Notes: generated from the sequence alone by a model not told the origin. 64,000 bases of DNA from Octopus vulgaris (GCA_951406725.2 OX597814.1:30194001-30258000); one strand, 5' to 3'; positions 1 through 45,766 are shown, counted from the first letter of the stretch. Made by a program: numbers and translations.

Positions 1-3000
1 GCCATTTAAAGGATTAACCCTTTAGCACTCAGGTTACCCTGTCAACTGTAAAACGTATTTATTACCTCTGCCTTAGCGAAGGCAGAGGCATTGTTTTCAG
101 TCGTGTTTGTTTGTTAGTCCATGGATAAGATATCTCAAGAACTGCTGAATGGATTCCAATGAAACTTTCAGGGATCGATCCAGTACCTGACAAGGATTCT
201 GGATTATTTTTCCATTTTTTAAACTTAATTTTTGAGAGTGGTCAGGTTCATATTTAGTATTCTTGTTTGTGAGAGCAATTCAGATGTATTCTCATTTTAA
301 AAATCATCTCCAGTGAATTGTTGAGAGGACGTTGGTGTTGCCTTGGCTGAGGTTTGTGCTCTCTGAGTGCTTTTGTTCATATTGTTTTGATTTTATCATG
401 CATTATCTTATAGCTTTGAGATTTTGATGAGGTAATTGTTTATTTTCAGAATGGTGTTACTTGGTTGGTGTAAGAGGCTAGATCTGGCTGGTTTGAACAT
501 AAAACAGGTAGAATACTTTGGCCAGATATAGCTGGATATGGCTGGTTTAAATGCTAAATGGTTAAAGAGAGATTCATCATCATCATCAAATGTCTGTTTT
601 CTACACTGGCATGGGTTGGACTTTTTTAACGGGAGCTGGCCTGCTGGAGAGCTACCTGGGCTCCAATTGTCTGTTGTGCCATGGTTTCTATATCTGGGTA
701 CCCTTCCTAATGCCAGCCACTTTACAGAGTATACTGGGTACTTTTATGTGGCACCAGGACATGTGCTTTAATGCAAAATGATATACAACCACCACAAGGT
801 CCAGTCCTTGGGGCAGTTTGGTGGCTTCTGTGCCTCAGTGGCTGTGAACTATTCCACAGAATGCTGGACATGTCAAAAGATGGAGACCAGCCTAATATTA
901 ACCAACTGACTGAAAAATATGATAAAGAGCCCATATCAGTTTTTGATCCTTATGGGGTCTCATTGGAAGTACCTACATCACTTGACCATTCCCAGAGAGT
1001 AGCCAATCCAGCGAACTAGAGTTACTATTTATACTCGAAGTGTTTAACAGTTTCTTTAATACATGTGTATGTGTGTGTGAGAGTCTGTATGCATTTATAT
1101 GTATGTAAATATGTAAAAGCACATGTCTAAGTGGTTAGGGGTGATCGGCTCACAATCGTAAAATCATGAGTTTGATTCTTCACCATTCATTGTGTCCTTG
1201 AGCAAGACACCTTATTTGATATTGCCCCAATATCAATATTGGGGTAATATCAATATTACCCCAGTATTGTAATGGCAAATATCAATATTTGCCAATATCA
1301 ATATTGGCAATATATCAATATACTGCCAATATATATCGATATATATATAGTCATATAGCAAAAATGAGTTGTATCTGTTTTACACATTCTTTTATTTGTT
1401 TATTTGTTTCAGTCATTTAACTGCAGCCATGCTGGAGCACCACCTTTAGTCAAGCAAATCAACCCCAGGACATATTCTTTGTAAGCCTAGTACTTATTCT
1501 ATTGGTCTCTTTTGCTGAACTGCTAAGTTATGAGGATGTAAACATACCAGCATCGGTTGTCAAGCAATGGCGGGGGGACAGACACACAAACACACACACA
1601 CAACAGGCTTCTTTCAGTTTCCATTTACCAAATCCACTTACAAGGCTTTGGTCAGCCTGAGGCAATCATAGAAGACACTTGCCCAAGGTGCCATGCTGTG
1701 GGACTGAACCCAGAACCGTGTGGTTGCTAAGCAAGCTTCTTACCACACAGCCACTCCTGCACCTATATGATTTAAATAGATTGACACAACCAGTTGATGC
1801 ACATTGTAAATAACTATATTCATATTTAATCAATCCCTCATTTGATCAACTAAAATGCTATTGACTGAGAAGTGTTAAATGCCATTCTATTCTTATCAAA
1901 TCCAGAATACCTCAGCAAAAATTAGCATACATTGTAACAGAGTGGGATATGTTTTCTAGCAATAAATTCAAGCAGACTAACTACTACTTTATTGATCAGT
2001 GCCTCTGTGGTGGAGGCACATGGCCTAGTGGTTAGAGCAGTAGACTTGTGGTCGAGGGATCGCAGGTTCGAATCCCAGACCGGGCAATGTGTGTGTTTAT
2101 GAGCGAAACACCTAAGCTCCATGCAGCTCCGGCAGAAGGTAATGGCGAACTTCTGCTGACTCTTTCGCCACAACTTTCTGTCACTCTTTCCTCCTGCATC
2201 TAGACCAGCGTCCCGTCCAGGTGGGGAACCTATATGCCAAGGAAACCAGGAAACTGGCCCTTATGAGCCAGGCATGGCTCAAGAAGGAACAAGTGCCTCT
2301 ATGAAAGAGAGAGGGGTGGTGTGATATTATCAGGTCATAGTGTAAGGACATTTAACTATTGTATGTTTCATGTCAAGATAGAATTGTGATTTAATCTATG
2401 ATGTTGCTGAGTACACCCACTAAAGTGATTCAGACAGACTGAAGGAAGATCAGAAAGAAAAGTTATTATCTATTAAGATAGATAATGTCCATTGAGGAAA
2501 TTATTCTATTGACCATACATTCCATAAAATAAATAAAACAAAATAAAAAATAAAATAGATTAAACAGTGGCTGTGTGGTAAGTAGCTTGCTTATCAACCA
2601 CATTGTTCCGGGTTCACTCCCACTGCATGCACCTTGGACAAGTGTCTTCTACTATAGTCTTGGGTTGACCACAGCCATGTGAGTAGATTTGGTAGATAGA
2701 AAATGAAAGTAGCTCATCATATGTGTGTATGTGTATGTTTGTGTGTCTGTGTTTGTCCTCCCACCATCGCTTGACAACCGATGTTGGTGTGTTTACTTCC
2801 CCATAACTTAGCAGTTTGTCAAAAGACACTGATAGAATAAGTACTAGGCTTGTTTGACTAAAGGTGGTGCTCTGCAGTCAAATGACTGAAACGAATGAAA
2901 GAGTAAAAGAATAATTAAAGAACTGACTCATACTTATCAGTTTGTAGACTATCAAGTGTATTACATATATATGTTAATCCCACCAACTATTTGTTATAAA

Positions 3001-3980
3001 AGGGCAACTAAAAATTAGAATCAAAATTAATATAACTTTATATATTATGTATACTGGACCCAAAAGGGCAGACCAAGCCTGATATTTTATTTGGATACTG
3101 TAACCAGTAGTATATTTATTTGAGAAAACTCTGGAAGTTCTAAATAAATGTGAACAACATGCCATTAATTTTTCCTTTATTTATTAGGTTAGATTTGCAT
3201 TTAAAGATTTACAGTGTCTTTTTGAGGCATGTGTTAGACTCATTACCAGTCTTTCAAGAAAATATGTCCAGTGTTGGGGGAAAATATTACCTTGCTCGGA
3301 AACAAGTGATGGTTGGTGAATGGAAAGGCATCTGGTCATAGGAAATCTGCTTCGACAAATTTCATGCAAGCATGGAAAAGCGGACATTGTAACCGTGATG
3401 TGTGTGTGTGTGTATGTGGTATGTATGTATACATGTATGCATGTATACATCTTTTGTCTATACATATAACAAAAAACAGGAACATTGTGAAGCAAAATGA
3501 AAAATCTGGTGCTCCTTGAATAAAGTTCTTTGTGATATTTGTTCAGCACCCTGTTACAGATACTTCCTTGTCAATCTCACCTTAGAAATGCAGTGAACAA
3601 GTTAGTGGCTCATTAGAAACCAGTAACTAACAAGTAAAGTCACTTACCCAATATATCATGTAATGGGATTTGAACCCAAGCCTTCATAACTTAATCACCT
3701 AGCCATGCCTACAGTCCCAGCAGCATAATAAACAAACTAACAAGAGACTATCGATGTGGTTAGTCAATTTTCTAGAAGTAACAACCCCTCTCCTTCATAT
3801 TATACTCTAGCATTCTTTAAAAAACAGGAAAGGCAATGTATTACGTATATTAAATAATGTTTGAGGGCTAATGTCTGGGATGTCACGTTTGGAAGGCTTT
3901 CAATAACAAGTATTCAAGATCAAGGATATATTCTGAGACCAAACAACAACATGATCATAATATATATTTGCTTTACTTAC

Positions 3981-35480
<31,500 letters not shown>

Positions 35481-36104
35481 ATTATATTTTCCTTGCAGGC
35501 TTATTCAATTACTTTACATTCACAAACCTTGTTGCAGGTGTTTCTGAAGTCTTTAACATTTATAATTAATATTCACTATTCATTTAATCTTTTCTGCTGA
35601 CATCATAAAAATAATGTGAATGGATTTTGATGATAGATGTTTTTTCAGCGTGATTAGTGATCTTTGTACTACATTTCATATGATAATCTTTCTGCCACAA
35701 TGAAGCTAATTATTCATATCAAGCACAAAAACTTAGAACTCATGATTTTTTTTTTTGCTTCTTCCTATTAACTTAGTCATGCTTACCGTGATTTTTATCA
35801 GTGTATGTGTCCAATATAGTATCTTGTTTGGGTTCAATATGTAGGTATTTATTTACATACATGACTCTGAGTGTCTATGTATACTGTTTTATTTTTTTAA
35901 TAGTTTCAGTCATTAAAGTGGGGGATGTGCTTAAGCACTCCCTCCAAGAGTGTTTTGGTCTTTCTATGAATAATATCAAACCTTCTTGTCATTTATGTAG
36001 AGCACTTGGATCTATATTTATTAATCAAATGGCTTCTTTACTTATTGACATAAAGGGACACAACTTGATATACTAGTTTACATTAATAAGTAGAAACACA
36101 AGCC

Positions 36105-36135
<31 letters not shown>

Positions 36136-36458
36136 TGCATGTGTGTGTGTGTGTAAGTGTGTGTGTGTAAATCAAAGTATACTGTATTATACATTCATTA
36201 CAGCTAATATCACCAATCAGTTTCACATTGAATATGAGATAATCGGATAGTCATGTAAGGTTATGTAATAACTATGTTCATCAGAGATTGCAGACATGGA
36301 ACGAAATATCTATTTTTCCCATACAAGCTAACTCTAATGAGCACAGTTATAAGATATCCATCAAGTGCAAAACTGATTGGCATTATCAGTTGTAATAGAT
36401 CTATAATACTGTATATATTGATTAATATATCCACTCTACAACGCTGTTCCGATGGCCG

Positions 36459-36519
36459 GATAACTGAAGAGATGGCAGCGTGAATTTCCACCTTGGTATC
36501 CGAAACTCAGAGTTTTATC
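36459..36519 (+). ncRNA. Type I hammerhead ribozyme
   Basis: Helix I GATAA/TTATC; CTGAAGA (36464-36470); stem II GAT..ATC; GAAACTC-A-GAGTT. Confidence 0.7.
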
Positions 36520-36801
36520 ATGGCTACCGAATAATTGTCACATATTACATTTGCAGATACATATATATATATATAAGAAATTCAAAAAGGAAAATATGCA
36601 CATTTACATAGTTTTAATATAATTTTTAATATATCGACTGGTTTCGCTATCGCAATTCATGATATTATGTTTTACCTATTTGAATACGTATTTTTTCTTA
36701 AGAAGAAATTTTGTCCATGTTGTGTGTGATGAAATTCACGAGTGAATGACTTCACAAGGAGATAAGTAAGAGGAGATATATATATATATGTAGGTATATA
36801 T

Positions 36802-36849
<48 letters not shown>

Positions 36850-36905
36850 ATACATATATATATGCATTTATATGTATAATTGTATATATGTGTGTGTGTG
36901 TGTAT

Positions 36906-36939
<34 letters not shown>

Positions 36940-39900
36940 AGACCGTAACTATGGCCTACACCATTGAAGCATAACTGGTCCATTTAAGAGTACTTTTCAA
37001 TCATTGTGCAATAAACTGTGCTTGCAAAGGCCTGTGGAGTCAAATGAAGTTATTGTCATGGCAGATGACAGTACTGCGCATTGGCACCTGTGCTTGTGGC
37101 ACATTAAAAGCACCATTTGAGCGTGCTTGTCGCCAGTGCTACCTGACTGGTTCCCGTGTCAGTGGCTCATAAAATGTACCATTCAAGCATGGTCAATGCC
37201 AGTATCGCCTGACTGGCCCTCATGGCAATGGCATGTAAAAAGCACCCACTACACTTTCGGAGTTGTTGGCATTAGGATGGGCATCCAGCTGTAGAAATTT
37301 TGTCAGATCAGATTGGAGCCTGGTGCAGCTTTCTGACTTGCCAGACCTCAGTCAGACTGTCCAACCCATGCCAGCATGGAAAGCGGACGTTAAACAACGA
37401 TGATGATGATGATGATTATATATATATATAGGGTGTCCATAAATTACTGACATCATTAAATATATCCCCAATGGTTATATTTTCTTGATAACATAATAGG
37501 TTAAGATCATGTCTATATTACAATATTATAATAACTAATAATATGTTGTACATGTATAGTAATCTTACCATCATGAAATTACCATTAGCTTATCTCACTC
37601 TTTCTTGTGGAACCCCTAAGAACCTTTTGCAGAACTGTAGGATTCCAGGGAACCCCAGTTGAGAAACACTGTACTAGACTGTGTAGCATGTTGTTCATGA
37701 TATTATAACTGTAACTTATTGAAACAGCTAAAGTATAGATGCATATAATTTTTATTACTTTTCTGTGTATTTCACTCTTATTTGAATATTAATCTAATAC
37801 ATCTATAATAGTGTTTCCTGATACATATTTTCCTCTATAAACACAAACATGGCTTTGTTGTTGAGAAGCTTACTTCTCTGTCCAGTATTGTTGTGTCCAC
37901 AACCCGAGCAGGTTATTACATAGATTAGGTGTTCTTGTTTTCAATTACGTAGATGTGTTTTTGTATTCAATACCTCTTCAATTACGTAGATGTGTTCTTG
38001 TATTCAATACCTCTTCACAGCATCGAGGACAGGTGTCTTCTCTTATAGCCTCGGTCTGACCAAAGCCTTGTGAGTACATGGAAACTGAAAGAAGCCCATC
38101 ATATATGTATATTTATGTGTATCTGTGTGTGTGGGGGGGATAGGGTAGGTGGGAGTTTCAGAGTGACCGTTGACTAGACAGCACATGATAGTTGAAAGTA
38201 GAACATTGTCATCGTACACATAAGATTATTCTTTGCCAATCATACTTGAAAATTATGTCTGGCCATGGGAACTATTTACTTGCTTGGAAATGTGTGAGAG
38301 TTGGTGACTGAAAGAGCATCTACCTCAACAAATTCCATTTAACTCTTGCAAGCATGGAAAAGTGGGCAATAAATGATGGTGATGATGTGTTGTAAACTGT
38401 CTCATCATCATCATCATCATCATCATTTAGCATCCGCTTTCCATGCTAGCATGGGTTGAACGGTTCAACTGGGGTCTGTGAAGCCAGAAGGCTGCATCAG
38501 GCCCAGTCTGATCTGGCGGTGTTTCTACGGCTGGATGCCCTTCCTAATGCCAACCACTCCGTGAGTGTAGTGGGTGCTTTTTACGTGCCACCCGCACAGG
38601 TACCAGACGGAGCTGGCAAAATGCAATGGACAGATGGTGCTTTTTACGTGCCACCGGCACGGGGGTCAGGCGAGGCTGAACATCAATGGAATTTGTATGT
38701 TTGTGGTACCAGTGCCGGTGGAACATAAGAAAACCATCCGAACGTGGCCGTAGCCAGTACCGCATCGACTGGTCTCCATGCTGTGGGCACGTAACAAACA
38801 CCATCCGATCATGGCCGTTCGCCAGCCTCATCTGGCACCTGTTTCGATGGCACATAAAAAACACCATCCAAGCGTGGCCGTTCGCCAGCCTCGTCTGGCA
38901 CCTGTGTCAGTGGCACATAAAAAACACCATCCGATCATGGCCGTTCGCCAGCCTCGTCTGGCACCTGTGTCGGTGGCACATAAAAAACACCATCCGAGCG
39001 TGGCCATCTGCCAGCCTCGTCTGGCACCTGTGTTGGTGGCACATAAAAAACACCATCCGAGCGTGGCCGTTCGCCAGCCTCGTCTGGCACCTGTGTCGGT
39101 GGCACATAAAATCACCCACTACACTCTCGGAGTGGTTGGCGTTAGGAAGGGCATCCAGCTGTAGAAACACTGCCAGATCTGACTGGCCTGGTGCAGCCTT
39201 CGGGCTCCCCAGACCCCAGTTGAACCGTCCAACCCATGCTAGCATGGAAAGCGGATGTTAAATGATGATGATGATGATGATGATATATATATATAACATA
39301 CACATACAAAAAAAAAAAAAAAAACTGCAAGATTGTATTTGGTCTAATTCTCTTATCTCTGTTTCTTTATCTAACATGACATATGTTTTCCATTAATTTT
39401 CTTCTCCTCATTGTGATTTTTTTACATTTATCTAATTTGAATTTCATTATTTAAGTTCCTCTACTACATTCGAGTTCAGTCTGTATCCTTTGTTTTTCCT
39501 TCATTTACAGTATACAACCTGAAGTTACACTTATACAACAAATGGTTGTTTGGCCTCAAATCCCATTTGTTTACTTTAAAGTTAGCTAAGAGCTTAACAT
39601 GCTGATTTAATGCCAGACAAAAATGGAGAGAAAGGGAGCGAGAGGGAGAGAGGGGGAAGAGAGAGAGAAAGAATAAGTTCTATTCAAAAATGCTTCTTTA
39701 ATAATAAAAGCAAAATTCTGTCTGTCTGTCTGTGACACCAATAACTCAACCTACATTTGTTCTACATAGACATATTATACCTTCTTGGAATCAGAATGAT
39801 CCTAGGATTAAAAATCTGCCCTTCATTTGTTACTTGAATATCCAGCATTGGGATCTGATTTAAAAGCATTTGGGTTGCTATTTCCAGCAGGCAAAGCTTG

Positions 39901-40153
39901 GCTGATTCATGCCATCTTGGTGGCATTTTCCAGACAGTGTCAGAGATCGTGGGGAGATAAATGACATTCACTTCATGAATTTTATGTCAAGACAAAAACT
40001 TTGGGACAAATTGTCCAATAGTTGGAATTCAGCTTGTCACTGGAACAATAGAATGATTCCATTACAGAATTAATTCTCATCTGTCCTTAACCTCTGATAA
40101 AATAGACTGGGGCATATAGTCATTATAAACATATCATAGTCATTATAGACATA

Positions 40154-40571
40154 CGAGCAAAACGCCACCCGTCCAATGGACGGTGCTGATTTGTCAAACA
40201 TTTAAACCAAATTTTCTCAAAACAACTTATCTGACTGTCCCATAGGCCTCCTCTTTGAGAAACACTGATTTAACCTAAATTTGAGACACCTAACAGGCCA
40301 GCTTTTTTTGCACAAACTGCATGTGCATTTTTCTCGTGTACGCATAGTATTGATTGCAACAGCTGATGTACTTGCGCGTTTAAATGCACGTTCCCACAGC
40401 TTTATCGATTGCATTCTCACCTGGAATCGATTTTTGTAATTTTTTCAAGACTCATACATGCCCTGATACTGTCGGTATCTACATATCAAATTTGAGGACA
40501 ATCGGACGGAGGATGCCTGAGAAACTAGAAGACACACACACAGACAGCCAGAACGGATTTTATATAATAGA
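40154..40571 (-). mobile_element. Helitron-like non-autonomous element
   Basis: TC start (40571), hairpin CCGTCCA-A-TGGACGG, CTCG variant terminus. Confidence 0.55.
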
Positions 40572-41486
40572 TTATACCACTGGGGCATATAGTCATTATA
40601 GACATGCTATTTAACTCTCTTTGGTTTTGATCTACAAGCTCAATTAGTCCTCTGCAGGAGCTAGATTAAAAGTCCACACAGAGTGTGACTCTTAAGCTAG
40701 TCTAATATAAATGAGATTTACATTTTACAATTTCTTTATTATTTTTATTCTCATTATTATTAAGGTGTCAAGCCAGCCGAATCATGAGCTTGCTTTGTGG
40801 CATTTTTCTGGCTTTATGTTCCAAGTTCAGGTTTCACTGAGTTCAACTTTGACTTTCATCCTTTCAGGGTTGATAGAATAAGTATTAATTGAACAGTGGG
40901 GTAGATGTAGTTGACTAAATCCTTCCCATAAAATTTTTGAGATAGTGATTAGTTGACCACATCAACCCCTTGTTCTTATAGTAGAAAGAATTTCATAATA
41001 ATTATTATTATTACTGATTAAATCTCAAAATGAGATTGAAACAGTAATCGCTCAATAATATAAAGTATAGAAGCCATCTTATCATGGCTAACCACATTGG
41101 GGAGGGGGTGTTACTGTAGCTTTATAGATCTCTTGGGGCTATAAAGCTACAGTAACACCCCTCCCCAATGTGGTTAGCCATGATAAGATGGCTTCTATAC
41201 TTTATATTATTATTACTATTATTAAGATAGTGAACTGGCAGAATCATTTGTGTGCTGGGCAAAATGCTTTGTGGTATTTCTTCTGACACTTATACGTTTA
41301 TGTCGTGGCTGAGGCCAAGCTGGAGCACTGCCTTTAGTCAAAGAAATCAACCCCAAGACTTATTCTCTGTAAGCCTAGTACTTATTTTATTGGTGTCTTT
41401 TGCCGAACCACTAAGTTACGTTAAAAACACCAGCATCGGTTGTCAATTGATGTTGGGGGACAAACACAGACACATATACATACACA

Positions 41487-41582
41487 TACATACATACATA
41501 CATACATACATACATACATACATACATACATACATACATACATACATACATACATACATACATACATACATACATACATACA
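41487..41582. repeat. (TACA)n microsatellite
   Basis: Direct inspection. Confidence 0.95.
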
Positions 41583-42999
41583 AAGCCACTGATTTCTATA
41601 ATTAGGTTTACAACAACAGATTCATTTTTGATCCCCAACTCCAAAAACGGACATCTCAAAGATTTACCAGCAGTTGTTTGCAAATTTTCACACATCATTT
41701 CACACATCATTGATCTTGGTCATTGTTCAGTTCATCAGAAGCTTCTTAACAATGTCTGTTCAGAAGGCTAAGTTTATGAATGTGTTAACTGATAGTGCTT
41801 TGTGAATAACCAAGTTCTGCTGAGAATGAATGAATGCCTGTGCTTGGCTGTTATTCAACCATTTCAAGCAAAGCCTAATCTTCCATAACAGATGGTCTCC
41901 TTGACTTTGGTTTGTCTTCATGGCTGGTGTCACCTACCTCAATACCACTCACCCCCACCCCAGTTGAGAGGCCATGTAAAATGCACCAGCGATGGTGCCA
42001 CATAAAAAAGCACCCAGTACATTCTGTAAACCAGTTGGTATTAAGAAGGACAGGCGGAGAGCTGGCAGAAACGTTAGCACGTCGGGTGAAATGCTTAGCG
42101 GTATTTCGTCTGCCGTTACGTTGTGAGTTCAAATTCCACCGAGGTCGACTTTGCCTTTCATCCTTTCGGGGTCGATAAATTAAGTACCAATTATGCACTG
42201 GGGTCGATGTAATCGACTTAATACTTATGTCTGTCCTTGTTTGTCCCCTCTATGTTTAGCCCCTTGTGGGTAATAAAGAAATAGGTATTAAGAAGGACAG
42301 TTAGCTGCAGGCACCATTCCAAAGTAGACAACAGAGCTTTGCACAGTTCTCTGGTTTGTCAGATCCTGTCATGCTGTTCAACCGAAGACAGCAATGAGGA
42401 TGAACATTAAATGATGATGATGACGACGATATGTCAAAGTCTATTTTATATGTCAGTAACCTATTCATCGTACCCACTTCACTTTATCTTACAGTAAATC
42501 CCTCAGTGCAATCACTATCAAGTATTCATCATTTGAGCTTACAGTAATCTATGCATCAGCCAAATGACACACAGCTGAGTCATTGCCAAGGCAAAGGCAT
42601 CAGCAAATTTATTAAAAAATAGAAACACATGCCATTGTAAAAACTACAAAAATTTCAATTTGTTATTTATGCTTATCAAGTCAAGCCTGACAGGGCTTAA
42701 ATCATCCAGTAATATGTCTAAATGTTTAAAACTCCTACAGAGATAACTTTCTTAACATTTTTGTACCTTTTTTTTTATTTAAGAATGTTAACTTGACCTG
42801 AATTATTCTGCTGTATCACTGTTATTATTAACACAATTATTACTATTGTTATCACCATTCCTGTCAAAGTTACATGTACGTTTGCCAACCAGCAGGGGCT
42901 GGATATATTTGAAATACAGTAATATTTCCAGCTATTACAATTTTATTCCCTTTCACTTGTGAAACCAGCAAAACTTCTTTCCAACCATCATATTTACCA

Positions 43000-44090
43000 G
43001 GTTGAATCTAAAGTTCTTTTGCATTTCAAGGTTTTAATCAATAGTTTAATCAAATTACATATGAAAACCATTTATTCATTAAAATATATTCCATCATATT
43101 TTATTGTGTGTTGCCATCATTCTGTCAGGAGCTCAATTTCATGCTTATATCATTTGGCTTGTTTAGAGGCAGGCAAAAAACTCCTTGCACCCATTTTCAA
43201 CCTCATTTACATTGCTGAACCTCCATCCATGTAGGAAGTGAAGCATTGCTTGGAAAAGATGGTGTGAGATCTGTACTGTAAGCAGGGGAGGCAGCACTTG
43301 CATCCCCTCAAGTTCCTTGAGTTTGCACTTGGTCACATTGGAAGAGTGTGCTGGGGCATTGTCATGCTGTAGGAGTACACGTCTTCAGTTGACCAATTGT
43401 GGGTAGCATGCTTTCAAAGCATCGTACACTAACTGCAGGCATTGAGCATAAAGGTTAGCATTCACAATGTAACCATCTGGGGTGAGTTCAAAGTGCAACA
43501 CTCCCTCAAAATTTCACCAAACACACACCATGACATGTTCAAACTGCTCTTGTTTGACAACTGGTTCTGAAATCTGGCTGGAACAAAGCCACTGATTTCT
43601 ATAATTAGGTTTACAACAACAGATTCATTTTTGATCCCCAACTCCAAAAACGGACATCTCAAAGATTTACCAGCAGTTGTTTGCAAATTTTCACGCATCA
43701 TTGATCTTGGTCATTGTTCAGTTCATCAGAAGCTTCTTAACAATGTCTATTCAGAAGGCTAAGTTTATGAATGTGTTAACTGATAGTGCTTTGTGAATAA
43801 CCAAGTTCTGCTGAGAATGAATGAATGCCTGTGCTTGGCTGTTATTCAAACATTTCAAGCAAAGCCTAATCTTCCATAACAGATGGTCTCCCTGACTTTG
43901 GTTTGTCTTAGAGGATGGTGTCACTTTTCTTGAGATGTCTGAACCAGTTTTGTGCGACATATTCATTGACAATTCTTAGGTCTTCCATATCATTAATTTC
44001 TTTTGCTGCTGTCCTTGCACTCAGCCCTTTTTTCTGCAGGCAGTGTAAAATAGCTCTAATTGCAGTTTTTTTTAAATTAAAATATTTTTT
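43000..44090 (-). mobile_element. Degenerate mariner transposase
   Basis: HTH N-terminus IRAILH..KGLSARTAAKEIN..AQNWFR; QHDNAPAH. Confidence 0.75.
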
Positions 44091-44325
44091 TTTTTTTACC
44101 AATTATTATCAAAGCTGTAGAATAATGAATAATGTTTGTATTATGTTTATATTATTGTTTATATTATTTTATTATATTGTTTATATTATTTTATATTATT
44201 TTATATTATTTTATTATATTATTTTATTATAATAAATATATTATATATGAGAATAATGAATAAACAATTCTGCAGTGATTGGACAAAAAGTTATATCAAA
44301 TTAATGTTATAACACTTGGAGTTAC

Positions 44326-44670
44326 TCTGTTGTGTCTGGAGAGAGTCATTTTCTCTTTGTGCCTTATAATTTAACACACTCACCAGTAAAACTTCCACTT
44401 ATTTCTTATTTTTATTTTCCTAAAATTTTCGTTGTGTCTTGCAACCTTTTCAATAGAACGCAGTGTAAATAACGGACGGAGTCAAGACTATTGAAAAGGT
44501 TGCAAGACACAACGAAAATATTAGAAAAATAAAAATAAGGAATAAGTGGACATTTTACCTGTGAGTGTGTTACATTATAAGGCACAAAAAGAAAATGACT
44601 CTCCCCAGACACAACAGAATATGCTTCAACACACGAACTCATATAGAGAATCTTGCAAACCAAATCCAAA
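44326..44670. mobile_element. Long-TIR fold-back MITE (second copy 48265-48590)
   Basis: ~120-bp inverted arms around a short spacer; shared terminus GAATCTTGCAAACCAAATCCAAA. Confidence 0.7.
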
Positions 44671-45720
44671 AATGAAACTTGGAGTTACAATTTGCCAAAA
44701 ATTCATGAGTGAAAGCCTGAAACAACATTTAAATCAATCTAGTAGACCATCTCCACAACCAAGACACTTCCACTGCAAAATTAAAATGCATACGTGTGAT
44801 TTTAAACATTCACAACTCTGGTTCTGTATCTATTCTTCAAGTTCAGTCGTTAAATTGTGGCCATGCTGGTGCACAACATTCAAAGCTTTCATTTTATACA
44901 AACATATCAGCCAGCACTTATTTCAGTTTGGGACTTATTTTATTGATATCTTTTTAGTGAATGGCTGTAGAGCTTTCCTGAATCTGTGTTGTGATTCAGA
45001 GAGAGGGATAATGATGACAAGATTTGGTTTTTTAGGACCAATGAAGGTATGCATTTTACTTATATATATATTTTATATATATATTTTATCCAACACGTCC
45101 AAGTAAAAGGGATATTTATTTTATCCATTGCAAAAGGATGATAAACCAAATAACTCCAATGATATTTGAACTCAGGTAATAAGGAGTTAATAATACATAG
45201 AGTTTGTTATGATTACATACACCTCCTATAAATTTGTGACTTTGTTTAAACTGAGAAAACAAATATTAACATTCCTTTCTTACCAATGGCAAAAAGTGTC
45301 AAAGTTTTTAGGAAGATAGCTGTCTGACATACATATATCTCTCCCTCCCGCTCTCCTTTCCTCTCTCTCGCTCCCCTCCCCCTCTCTCTTTATATATATA
45401 TGTATGTATATGTGGAGGCACATGGCCTAGAGGTTAGAATAGTGGACTCGTGGTCGAGGGATTGCAGGTTCGAATCTCAGACCGGGCGATGTGTGTGTTT
45501 ATGAGCGAAACGCTTAAGCTCCACGCAGCTCTGGCAGAAGGTAATGGCGAACTTCTGCTGACTCTTTCGCCACAAATTTCTCTCACTCTTTCCTCCTGCA
45601 TCTTGCAGCTCACCTGCAATGGACTGGCGTCAGTTTTTCGAAATCAGTGGCAGAAGTCACTAGAAAAACTCTTATATATTTGCAAACAGGCCTTGTCTTT
45701 TATCGTGATCCGGTGATTAC

Positions 45721-45766
45721 CGCCCGTTGATAAGAGACAATAATCTCGAAACCGCAGTCCGGTGCG
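45721..45766 (+). ncRNA. Minimal type I hammerhead with U3-A8 core variant
   Basis: CGCCCG-TTGATAA-GAGA-caataa-TCTC-GAAAC-cgca-GTC-CGG(T)GCG. Confidence 0.75.

Noticed and set aside
2930-3010. Candidate exon 11 after a tttttag acceptor
   Set aside because: All three frames hit stops before a donor and there is no NRF-6 similarity; the next exon is probably outside the window.
37938-38018. 38-bp tandem duplication (also 18-bp x3 at ~63832-63883)
   Set aside because: Ordinary slippage duplications with no further structure.
39762-39971. Possible Helitron/PIF1 helicase remnant (QIFNPRIILIP) behind a Helitron-like TC end at ~39695
   Set aside because: Only one short motif matches; too decayed to support without an alignment.
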